A stretch of 64,000 nt of DNA from Enoplolaimus lenunculus (Eukaryota): the NCBI GenBank assembly GCA_030248215.1, contig JASANG010002092.1, positions 558,001-622,000 of the forward strand, written 5' to 3'. The position numbers were made by a program, and so were the translations under genes. Shown one piece after another: positions 51,831 to 64,000 of this stretch (position 1 is its first letter; every line of letters starts with the position of its first letter). The notes under the pieces are model-generated. The model made no database searches. It saw nothing but the letters and a program-made list of their open reading frames with translations, and was not told the origin of the DNA.

Positions 51831-54800
51831 GCCGGTTCCGGTTCTGGTAAACTTTTACGGGAATTGAAAATTCCGGCATTAAATTATGGTCGGTGGAAAT
51901 TAAGATATTTTGCAATTAAAATTTAAGAAGATTTCATTCGTATAGTATATAACCCTTGACAATCGCCGACAATAAACCTTCGAAGTTAGATTGCGCTTCC
52001 GTGGATTATGAAAATCTAACAAGACAGCAGATAAAGTGAATAGCTCTTCAAATAAAGGTCATTTCACCAACAATATTGCAAAAAAAATGTAATTTCATTT
52101 TCCGGCTCCGATAAATTTTTCAAACTCCGCTTCCGGTTCCGGTAAATTGTAATTCCGGCTGCACACTGATCGTAACCAACTCAACTAAAAAAGGTACGAT
52201 TAACCTTAGACTTACGTAATAACACGTACCGCAGTTCTACCACCGTAAAAACCTGGCCGGAATAGAACTTCAATTGTGCCGGAATTTGAACACGAATCAG
52301 AATGCCATTCAAACCCTGGCATATATACATATCGTATGTTCACGTATACGTACAGTAAAACGTATAGCGTACGTACGTAGGTACGTATATCAAATTCACT
52401 TCCTTGTCTGCATCGACACCGCAGAAACACGACTTCAGGTGTGTGCAAGAATACAGCATTTAATTGAAACGCAACAACACACAAGAAAACTACAACAAAC
52501 AATAAAAATAAAATGTACAAAAAGAAGCTTAGAAATCGAAAAACTAAACAAAAAACTTTGAAGACAAAAACGATACACGTTAAACTCTTTTTAACTTGAA
52601 TTACTCAATTTTAAAACATTCGACTGTGCTAAAGTTACGAACCGGAAAATGAAAAATACATGTCAACGAAAAATTCATTTTAATTTTCTTTTTTACAATA
52701 TTACTGGTGAAATAACCCTAATGGAGATAGGTATTTACTTTATCTGCTGTATTTTAGATTTTGATTATCCTCGGAAGTACAATCTACTTTCGATGCTTTC
52801 CTTTCGGCGACTGTCAAGGGTTATATACTATACGAATAAAATTACTTAATTTTTATCGTCATTTTTTAGTAAAATATCTTAATTTCCACCGACCAAAATT
52901 TAATACCGAAATTTTTAATTCCGATACAAATTTACCGGAGCCGGAAGGTCAAAATTTGTCGGAACCGGAATTCCGGCTGCACCCTGCTACAGACATACGT
53001 AACATATATGTCCTTAGTAAAAGCACAGTGTACTTTTTCATATGAACCAAACTTAAAGACACTAGTGATGAGTCGATATCAAAATTTTTGCCGCTGCCGA
53101 TTCTTATTTTGAAATTCTGAAGATGCAGAACCGATGGTGATATCGATACTGATGACCAATTTTAATACAACTTGCTTAATCAATAGCTACAATCACTGCA
53201 ATAGAAAATTATTACAGAATAGTCGATGTGGGACTACACGCATTGAGCGAAACTCGGCCGCATACTTACTTACTGATAATATGTTCAAATTGGGGATGTG
53301 CCGATCGGTACGTAATATTAATATCGGCATTTTTCGTGAGTATCGGCGTCGTACTGCAAAAATGGCGCTTCTTTGACGATACTTTTTGCAATTTACAGTG
53401 AATTGGAATGTTATCGATTTCACTATTTGGCGTAGCTCCAGACTCGAACTAATATTAGAATTAAAAAAGTTGAACGGAAAAAATCAACTAAACAACGAAC
53501 CACTATCTATGCTTATGATATGAAGCACATCGAGATAATGTCTGCGCAAGTGGCGCTACAAAAACACATGTTTGGCGTCTTCTTGAGCAAACATCTTGAA
53601 TTGTCGCGCCTGCAAATGAAGGCAGCGTAGTGTACGTATATATATATAAACACAAAGCTCGCTCCTTCAAAAAACAAGCTACACAATTTGCAAACAGATT
53701 TTGTGTACTCCACTGTTTTTTGCGTAAATTTCTCGAAAATAAACTATAAAACAAAAACGTTACAAGCAACAGTATCTCAGTCAAACACAAACGACATCGT
53801 CCGCTTTACGGCTCTTAAACGTCATTAAAACACTAAAAATTCACGTGGTACATACGCATGAGCGCATGTCGTTTGTAATAGAGAAAGGAATAATGTATGG
53901 TACTATTACATCAGTTTCCATTTTTCCAAACATATATTTGTTTGCCTTGTGCTTAATATAAATTTAATATTTTAAATAATACACGTATATACGTATGTCG
54001 TAAGCCTATCTGCTATTTGAAGCAACTAGCTGTTTGGTCTAGGCCAAACAGTGATTGTGAGATTTCGCAAAACAGCAGAGATGCAACACCAACGCAGATT
54101 GATTGACGGTATTGCGTCTGTTCAAATAATCAAATGTGGTTGGTCCATAAGTTCGATAACAGTCTAGCCCAATTTGACTGAATAGCAGATTGGCCTACGA
54201 CATAGAGGTATATTGGGGATGCAGACGACCCCATGGCTTTTGTCCAAAAGAGCAAGCGCCTTCTTGGCCTGATACAAATGCAAGCATCATTGAATTTTGT
54301 CACATTGTCACCCGAACAAATCTCATTTAAACGACAATTTGTCGCCCACCATTCGTTATATATAAAACTTAAAACTTGTACCATTGCGCGTAGACTTAGT
54401 GTATGTAAAACAAAACCTGACTGAACAATGAATTCAGGGAGCAACCGGAATTTACGTTCCGGAAATTCGTTATTTTTTTAATATCCGGACACGGTATTAA
54501 TCCCAAACTTTATTTCACACACAGGTTTGTAAGAAAAGTGACGTAAATGAAGATAGAAATGTATACAAGGAAAAGCGCGGCGCTAAAAAAGCGCACAATT
54601 CCAATAGAAAACAAACAATTAAAAAAATTTCCACGTTATCCAATCCATAACAACTTGACGGAGTGCACCATATGTACGATTGGCGCCAGTGCGACATAAA
54701 CTTAGTTTATTGCAATTCAAATGATCTTAACAGATGTGCCAGTGCAAGCCGAACATCATATGTCATAAATGGAATTTTAATTTTTCAATCCTCCCAATAA

Positions 54801-55514
54801 ATATGTATCACATTGCCAAAGCGCATACACTCTCACACAGTTTCCATATGCGTATATAACAAGAAATAAGACCTGAAATATGTACCTGATCCATTATGTC
54901 AACAATCAATGCTCATAACCAGTCTGCACTTCCTTGCAGTACGTATATAGTGTATTAAAACGTGAAAATTTGTAGAAAAGCCTAGAAAACACTCTGCACA
55001 TAACAAAAACAGAAACCTGTAACAAGACTAAGACTGCATCATCTGCCAATTATGCCAGCATTTCTGTGTAACACCTCCCCCAGCGGCGCCAGCCACCACC
55101 CAACGCGATGCAACAAAACGTATACGTACGTAGTAAATTACAGTGCCAAAACAGCGCTGCCACAATAAAAACTGCGTGCACAACAACTAAAAACAAACTC
55201 AACACATATATGTTACGTATATCCAATGTACGTACATATATGAGCTGAAATTACCGCAAGAACGTGTTGTTTTCAATATTAACCCAAGGACCCGATACAG
55301 TATTATACTGAAAACAACCATAGCATCGGATACCGCGATATCCGGCCGAAATCGAATAACGCCAGATCCGGATACTAATATCAGGTCTCCACTGTTGCCG
55401 GAAACCGTTATTTAAGTAAGTATATACATATTTCAACAAAAAGTAAAACTCAACCCTACGAATATCGTATTAATATAGTTACTCTAATCTATTTCGGCCG
55501 CGCTATACTTGACG

Positions 55515-55670
55515 TCCGGCGCCGTCCGTCACCGTACGCGCCGTCCGTCACCATACGTAATCGTATGTGAGTTATTTGTGTATGATACCGCAGGATGACG
55601 CACGGCGCCGTACGGGTGACGGACGGCGCCGTACGGGTGACGGACGGCGCCGTACGGGTGACCGACGGTA
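55515..55670. repeat. GC-rich 21-bp repeats in a palindromic arrangement
   Basis: (ggcgccgtacgggtgacggac) x3 is inverted to ccgtccgtcaccgtacgcgcc; a related decayed copy lies at about 6440-6540. Confidence 0.7.
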
Positions 55671-57195
55671 GGTACCGTGATGGAACTGACGTCTGCGGAC
55701 GATAACAAAAGTATTGCGCAACCCTTAGAGTTTGTTCGCGCAAGAGTTTTCATAGTACTGATTTCTTAGCCCATGTATATGCTGTAGCGCAAACTCCTAA
55801 GCAGTACGCAAGGCATTTTGCTGCAGTGTATTCTGATTGGTTACTGATATTAGCGAGTACCAGAAGCTGATTTTTTTCGAATTTAACCCTTTAGCCAATT
55901 TGGCTAAAACCCCAAAAAATTAGCCAATCTGAAATTTTATAGCCAACATCCAAACATACCACTCAGAAAAATTTGCTTTCTCTGATGCACGTTGCGTTTT
56001 GCTGATACCCGACTAAGCCGACTTAAATTATGTGGCATTGAAAATCTTGCTTAAACAGATAGAATATTCTAAAAATGAAGAGTTAGCGACCGTGGGTGAA
56101 ATGTAAAATCGGTCAATCTCCAAAAGAGAGGTGGGGAAAACTCAACACGTGCGTACTAGTTAGTACCTATTTGAAATACAAAACCTAGCAAGTTGCATAC
56201 GTACCGTGAGCCGAAGCCGTAAACCAAGGCAGAAAAAGCCAGTTCTTCAAAGGCTGAAATATATTCAGTGAGGATATTCGTACTTAACTTAAATGTATCC
56301 GTTTCTTTGAGCCTGTTGAACATTCAGCCGCTAACAAATAACGCTGCAATAAAATAAGCTAGGATCCAATTTCGCACATATATTTCTTCATTTTGCGAAC
56401 AAAATAAAAATCCCTAACTACATATGTATGCACGTGTAAAGCAGATCTGTCCCGAACTCGGACCCGTAGCCAAGGGGGTGGGGCAGAGGGCTCAGCCCCT
56501 CCTTGGAAAATTTTGGCCCCCCTAGAAAATTTTCAACCTTTGTCATAACTCACTGAAAACCCTTGAATGCCCCGCCTGAAAATTTTTAGCACACCCTACC
56601 CTAGTAAGGTGACCTCGCTACGGACCTGCTCGAACTGTGATTTCTTCTGAATGAAACTACGACAGATCATCGCCCGACAACTTGCCAACAGATTTCTAAA
56701 GCCTATGAACAAATCTAAGCATAATCCTAAGCGTATGTCTAAGACTAAGCATAACACTGGATAAAGAATTGTAGTCAATAAAATTTCGAACTACAAAAGT
56801 CGAACGACGAGTTGTCGGGCGGCGAATTGTCGTGATAACATTCTGAACACCTGGACCGGCTTGGCATAGTGCCCGGGTCAGGTCTAACGTATATATGAAG
56901 TTTTTTAAACACAACTGTAGAAAGTACACTCACTGTTTCAAACATTAAACAAACAACACATATAGAACCAACCACCCTTCTCGAAAACAGCTTGAAAACT
57001 ACGTACACATATGTCATTAATACAAGCACACACAAGCATAAAATGCTGGATATATATCACAAAAAAGCCGCCCGCCGTCATACAAAATTATTTTAAAGCC
57101 AATACGCAATCATATGTATTGTTTTCAACACAAAACAACTGCACGAGGATCACTGTACTATGCTATGAAATTCCGTCATCTGCAGCTCATATACA

Positions 57196-58030
57196 CCAGT
57201 CGTAGTGGGACTACATTTATTGAGCAAAGCTCGAACACACGTAAGCAATTAAGGTAATATGCAAATTAGTTATTAGCTAACTATTCATTTATCGGTTTTG
57301 GAGGTTTTTAAGCAATTTCCTCAGATTCCTCGCACCCAAAAACCCTTCAGCCACCCTAATACTTATTGGAATAATTTATAAAGTCCTAATTTTGTCTTGC
57401 CAATTAAGCTAATATGCAAATTAGCTATTAGCTAACTATTCGGTTATCGGTTGTGAGGATTTGTAGACAATGTATTCAGATTCCTCGCACCCAAAATCCA
57501 TTATTGCTGAAATTAGATTGCTTGTAACCCTAATAATTAGTGAAACATTCTAACAACGCCTAATTTAGGCTTATCAATTATGCTTACACGTATGCAAATT
57601 AACTATTAGCTAACTATTCAATTATCGGTTTTAAAGGTTTCTACACACTTTATTCTAAATTCCTCGCACCTAAAAACTCTTCAGTACTGAAATTATTTTG
57701 CCTTAACCTTAATAATTAGTGAAATATTGTAAAAAGTCTTAATTTAGGCATAACTTCTCAATTATCGGTTTTGGAGGTTTGTAAACAGCCGATGTAGATT
57801 CTTCGCACCCAAAAACCCTTTAATGCTGAAATTAGATTGCTTGTAACTGCAATAATTAGTGAAATAATGTAGAAAGTCCTAATTTAGGCTTAATTAATTA
57901 TGCTAATTAAATTAGCCTGTAGCTATTAAACGGCTTAAAAATTTAAACCCAAATTCGAGGTTAAAACCACAGCATAATTGGCTTTCAAACAAAAAAGTTC
58001 ATCAAAATCGGTTCAGCCGTTCCTGAGATC
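57196..58030 (+). mobile_element. Helentron/DINE-1-like non-autonomous element with internal ~155-180-bp tandem units
   Basis: Repeated atgcaaattagctattagctaactattc...attcctcgcacccaaaaaccctt units, followed by the conserved block ataattggctttcaaacaaaaaagttcatcaaaatcggttcagcc. Class assignment is inferred. Confidence 0.6.
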
Positions 58031-59379
58031 ACTTTTTGTTAATATCGGTCAAGTTGGCACCGAATGCACGATTTGACCGAAGCCAAATCCATTGCTAATT
58101 TGCCGAATCCGAATCTTGCATGTTACAAATTTGAGTTATACGTATCTATAATTTGTTACAGAATATATATCAGCGCAGTGCCAGCCGGGTAACTTTTAAA
58201 CGTTAATATATTTCGTGTCCTACCTCAGTTCTGCGATTTGTGACCTGAAACAGAACAAGTTATTCAAAGTTTGTATTGCTTAAAAATGAAAAACATCGCC
58301 GAACCGAATCCGAACCGCAAATTTTCGCCAAATCCAAATCCGAACATTTGCTGCCACACTGGCTATCGGTATCGCCACTCCAAAAAATTGCCAATTTTCT
58401 GCTGATACTTTTTGCACTTAGCAGTGATTTGGAATGCTATCAATTTCACTCGTTGGCGTAGACAATGCAAACAAAATATAGTCTGGTTGGCTACGAATGC
58501 AGTTTATTATAAACAAAACTTTAATGATGTGCCGATACCAAAATTTTTGCTGATGCCGATTCTTATTTTCAAATTTTGACGATGCCGAAACGATGACGAT
58601 TCCAATTTTAATACACGATGCTTAAACGAACTGATCGGATTATTATAATTTCATCAAACTCAAGTGCAAGAGACACTAATTTCTTCCAGCAGACAGACAC
58701 ACTTATATACTTGGCAATTTTACTGCAGTAACGATGCCGATACTCACCAAGTGTCAATAGTAGTATGACCGAGGCCGATTAATCAGCACATCTCGAAAAA
58801 TTTTACACATTGATGGGTCTGTGTTATGTATATATAGATACATATAGGAAAACTTGAACCGTCACAATATGTACAATCAAAGGCCTAGCGAAGATTTGAA
58901 TAGGCGGTTAGTTCACCTATATAGGGTTTCTTGTGTTACCAACAAAAAAGCTAGGGATTCCTGGACGAAAACCACGGAGGGTTTGACACCTAAACCCAGT
59001 AGCTATGCCGTAAATCTACACATACACCGCATATACGTGTATGTATATAGACATCATCCATTATACGTGGTTACATTGACAAAGCATAAACATCCACAAA
59101 ACAACAAACTAGCGCGCACACACACTGACACTTCGACAGTTAAATAAATTTGCGCATTGCCACGTGCTGGCAATAAGCCAATCATTTAAAAAATGTTTTC
59201 AAAGTCTATCACATCAGCGATTACAGTATTTCGTTCGAGTACACCATGCACAATACGTACGTACGTATTTGTGAAGTTCGTACGCAAACAAACTACAGAA
59301 CCTCAGGACGGTACCGTAATTCTAGGACCCAGACAAAGGTGGGGGCTCCCCCATTTTAAAACCGGCGTCATCATTATTG

Positions 59380-59910
59380 CAAAAATTAGATTGCTTGTAA
59401 GCCTAATAATTAGCGAGATATTGAAAATACTATCAATTATGCTTATATGCAAATTATCTATTAGACGTTAACACCCCAGGATAATTGGCTTTCAACCCTA
59501 ATTAGTGAAATAGTGCTAAAAGTCCTAATTTAGGGTTATCAATTATGCTAATATGCATATTAGCTAGCTATTAGCTAACTATTCAATTATCGGTTTTGAA
59601 GATTTGTAGACAATTTATCCAGATTCCTCGTGCCCAAAAACCCTTTTGTACTGAAAGTGAAATATCTAAAAAAAGTCCCAATTTAGGTTTAACCAATTAT
59701 GCAAATTAGCCTGTAGCTAATAAACGGCTTAAAATTTTAAAACCCCAATGCGAGGTTAACACCCCAGGATAATTGGCTTTCAAACAAAAAAAGTTTATCA
59801 ACATCGGTTCAGGCCTTCCTGAGATTCTTTTCAGACGGACGGACATCCACCCTTCGACCCCAGAGTACAAAACATAAAACGCTTCGCTCTGAGTTTCGCT
59901 TCGCTCAATT
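59380..59910 (+). mobile_element. Same Helentron/DINE-1-like family, with 3' end
   Basis: Same core, (ggac)n microsatellite, and end cttcgctcaatt inverted relative to the family 5' motif attgagc(a/g)aag. Confidence 0.6.
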
Positions 59911-61779
59911 AAGTATGCATAATGTCACAGACAGGGATGGGCAATCTCGGTCAAAAAACCGAGACCGAGACCCAGGATACCGAGGCCAAAACTTTTGGTC
60001 TCGGTCTGTGTCAATTTTTAACCGTTACCGAAAATAAAAATAAGATTTTTTAACAAAACTTTTAAATATTTTTATCTGTTTTGAATTGCCGCTTAATACA
60101 ACTGAACTAATAAATCGCCACCAAAATTTATTTTTTTATTTTATTTTTCACTTGGCTACTGTCGCCATACCCTTCGAACAGGCTCGGAATGAATCACACT
60201 GTCGCAAAACACTTTAATCGGCCATTTTGACAAGACAAAATACATTCTTACGGAATATTCATTGGTCCCGAGGCCAAGTTTCAAACCCCGCCCCAGGATA
60301 ACTAAAATGTAGATATACGTTTACAAATTATACGTATATATATAACAATATATACATTAGAGCTGTTCTGAGGCCATGACTTTACCGGAGCTAAGCCAGG
60401 AACAGGGTTTCAAAATGATTTGCAGTGGTTGCTGTTCAAGTTTGGTTCATATGAAATAAAAATATATAAACTTTTCCAAGTGTATAACCATCATTTTCAT
60501 TTGACAGGGAGGGATCCAGGCAACTAAGACTTGTAGTGCAGCAGTAAAGGTTGATTTTTGAAAACCTCGCGAACTAAACCAGCGAAAAATCAGACGCAAT
60601 TTTAAAATTGATGTGACCCTATGAAAAATTTAAGTTTTGTGTGTGTTTCAAACGGTGAATCAATAACTACAACCGGTAGAACGATCCTTACTGTGTATAA
60701 AACTATGAACATCATTCAGTCTTTCTGTAACAGTATCAAAAGATTTCTTGCATCATATATCGATGTTCTAGGCCCCATGACTCTAAGCAGAAATAGCTTA
60801 TATAGAAACCAGAATTTAAGTACGAACAACATAATTGCATTGAAATTTCCGGGAAAACTCTAATATATTACAATTCAACCGGATATCCGGCTCCGGCAAA
60901 AAATAAAAATCAACATACTAATTCGGTATTCTAAATTGCCGGACAGTTATTGCTTAACTCTATATTAAATATATATACTACATGACCAAAATCGTTCGAA
61001 ATAACAAAAATAAGTATATACATACGCGCACTTAATTCTAAGACTAGTAAAAAACACAGTTACGACATATTATAGCAGGGTTCCACCAGACTTCCTGTTC
61101 CGATTCGATATCCTGCAGAAATTTTGTTCCTGTGCCTGAATTCAAAGATGCAGGAACCGAAATTTTTTACAGTTTCCTGGCAAATCATTCATAGTCATTG
61201 AAAAATTGGAAACTTTGTCCTTGAAAAACTGTTTTTCGCTAATTACGTAATTCAAATTTGTTACGTAATAAGTTTTCTAAACATTAGAATTGTAAACTTT
61301 GTATTATATCAAGTATATATGCTATTAAATTTGCATGATTATGCAAAATTTTTGTTGAAACATAACGGTTCATTTCAATTAATTTTTTCAAAAACAAACG
61401 CAAGAAAGATATCAGTTTTCCTGTCCGGACACACTGATATGCGCCCACAAATGAAATTGATGGCATTCCAACTGACTGTTATGTGAAAAAGTATCGGCAA
61501 AGAATCGACAATTTTTTTGCAGCGCCGGTGCCCATACTCACGAAAACTGCCGATTATTACAGATGCCGATTAATCGGCACATCCCTAGTACGTATATACT
61601 TAAAGATCTGACTCTGACAACTGCCGCCGCCGGGTATTGAAGTATCCGGCCCCTGTATTTTTTGCTATCCGGTTGAACCCTGTTGTTCGCGTCACACATG
61701 GCAGCTATGGTCGACTTCAAGTTTTTTATCACATCTCACACCCTTCTACGTTAAAAACCACAAAATTTACATTACGTAC

Positions 61780-62478
61780 ATCAAATTTAGGATTATCTTT
61801 TATGCTTATATGCAAATGATCTATTAGCTAACTACTCACTTATCGGTTTTAGACGTTTGTAAACAATTAATTCAGATTCCTCGCACCCAAAAACCTTCAG
61901 TAAACCCTAATAATTATTGAAATAATTTAAAAAGTCCTAGTTTTGTCTTGTCAATTTACCTAATATGTAAATTACCTATTAGCTAACTATTCAATTATCA
62001 GTTTTGGAGGTTTGTAAACATTAATTTCTTCAAATTCCTTGCACCCAAAAACCCTTTAGTGCTGAAATTATATTGCTTTTAACCTTAATAATTAGTGAAA
62101 TATTGTGAAAAGTCCTAATTTAGGCTTATAAACTATGCTAATATGCAAATTATCTATTGGCTAACTGCTCAATTATCGGTTTTGGAGGTTTGTAAGTTGT
62201 CTACGCAGATTCCTCGCACCCAAAAACCCTTTAATGCTAAAATTAGATTGCTTCTAACTGTAATAATTTAGTGAAATATTGTGGAAAGTCCTAATTTAGG
62301 CTTCATTAATTATGTAAATTAACCCCAACGCGAGGTTAACCCCCAGCATAATTGGCTTTCAAACAAAAAAGAAGTTTATCAAAATTGGTTCAGCCGTTCC
62401 TGAGATTCTTTTCGGACGGACAGACGGACTAACGGACATCCACCTTTCGACCCCCAAGTACAAAACATAAAACGTTTC
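61780..62478 (+). mobile_element. Same Helentron/DINE-1-like family
   Basis: About three internal units, the core block and ggacggacagacggac. Confidence 0.6.
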
Positions 62479-64000
62479 GCGATTTAATGTTTACATGATT
62501 ACGCTCCACACCGTAAAAACTCCGGTTGTTGCGTTGTGCAATGCCGCAACAGGAATTCCGGTGGAACCCTGTTATCCAGGTAGGGATCGACGACAAGGAC
62601 ATCGAATATTTGCGGTGTAATCCCGATTGTCATAAAATATCGTAATATAACGGGTTCGTGTTGAACTTATCTAGAGGTAGAAACCACAAAAAACAGTTGA
62701 AAACATATCTAATAACTAAAGCTTAGAACATTCATTATTCTCAATTACTTAGTAAATTCTACTCATCGACTTGAAAAGACCATTTTAACTAGAAACAAAA
62801 TACGCAAAAATAATATTACGCACCTAACATTGTTGAATGCGGCTGAAATTCTAATAACTATAAACTACAATATATACGTTCCAGTCATAGCTGGACTACA
62901 CATCATATTGAATGAAGCTCAGACATATTAGAAAGTTATGAACGACATATTCCTGTTTATTACCCGAAGGACAAACCTCACAAAAGATTGTGTTACACAG
63001 TACAGCGAGGGAATGATTATGTACGTACGCAGTACGTATAATAAGCAGCCCCTGAAACGGTCAGAGAGACGGGGTACAATTGTCCAGTACCGTGCTTAGC
63101 GCCCACAGACAGCCAACCGGGGCACCTCATATCCAGGGGTCTATTACAATATTTTAATATAAGGATTTAAAGCAGAAAATAAGCCTGGGTTCTACTCTCT
63201 TTAAGACAGACAGTGTGACCTCCACGTCACTACGCGCAATGTTTCAAGGCCGACCCGTTACAGCCCGCACTACTCCTGCCGGTGTCACATTTGCTTAAAA
63301 AGGCATATATACAAAACGAAGCTGTCTTACAAAGAACCAGTTATTTTTTCGGTCAGCATGTCAAACAGGACAGCGCCGCCATTGTTGAAAAAATTTAACG
63401 ACTTGAGTGCGATTCTGGTTGAGCATTGCGTTATTCACGCTCATTTGGCCTCGTTCGTCAGTTTTGTTCCGCCTTATGTATTGTGCTCTCGCGTAAGTGC
63501 ACCAGATTTTTGATACGTTGCTGCACTGGTTGATACTTTACAAATTGATACGTTTCACAGCTGGTAATATCTCGGATAACCTAGCCCGGGCCGTGACGAA
63601 GGACTTAAAACTTGTGCGGCGGCAAAGCTTATTAACTTTGTGGGACCCTTTAATTGATTTGGAAGTCCTTACACATTAGGCACGGCAGTACGCATGTCAT
63701 GTATGAATCAGTTATACCACTGATTTGCGTTTAACGGAAACAGAAACTCCAATCATATGACGATTTCACTATTGTTGTTGGAACACAATAAATGAAATAA
63801 TGGCAACTTTATATTATACAGATTTAAAATTCATAGGGGTAATAAGCCGGATTAGTCTGCTATTGCAAACAAATCTGGTTGATTAGTACTGAAACGGTGT
63901 AAAATTGCCAATACTTCCGACACGTCATTACTCAGTAGCCTATAAATTTCTGTCTGAGATAGCTAAGTAAGTCATAAACCAGAAAAATTTCTGCAAGGCC

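Noticed and set aside
52215..52322. Possible first exon MPGFEWHSD… with gtaagt donor
   Set aside because: Available donors are phase 2 or 0, whereas the 49858 acceptor needs phase 1.
49860..64000. Additional genes or RNA genes upstream of the last exon found
   Set aside because: Only short, compositionally non-coding ORFs and repeats were seen. No tRNA, snRNA, spliced-leader or ribozyme motif was recognised by eye; an Infernal/Rfam scan would be decisive.

Overview
Eukaryotic, AT-rich, intron-rich genomic DNA, most likely from a nematode. That assignment is an inference from the C. elegans-like '[21 protein letters not shown]' segment of the kinase. Most of the window is one minus-strand gene for a WNK (With-No-lysine) Ser/Thr kinase. 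I traced 22 exons from 49858 down to 406 (7612 nt, about 2537 codons), all with GT-AG boundaries and consistent phases. Neither the start exon nor the stop codon of this long form was found, and the gene runs past position 1. The exons encode a ~990-aa low-complexity N-terminal extension, the kinase domain, the autoinhibitory/CCT-like domain with coiled coil, two obligatory micro-exons, a second CCT-like domain, an RFxV motif and a very large polyglutamine exon. There is a candidate alternative ATG-bearing first exon (26941-27832). There are also candidate alternative exons in the 10-kb intron that splits the second CCT-like domain; these could give a loop-insert isoform or a kinase-less isoform. 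The introns hold many non-autonomous DNA transposons (hAT-type MITEs with exact 8-bp TSDs, some nested; Helentron/DINE-1-like elements; foldbacks) and a 17 x 87-bp tandem array. I saw no rRNA, tRNA, CRISPR or transposase genes.
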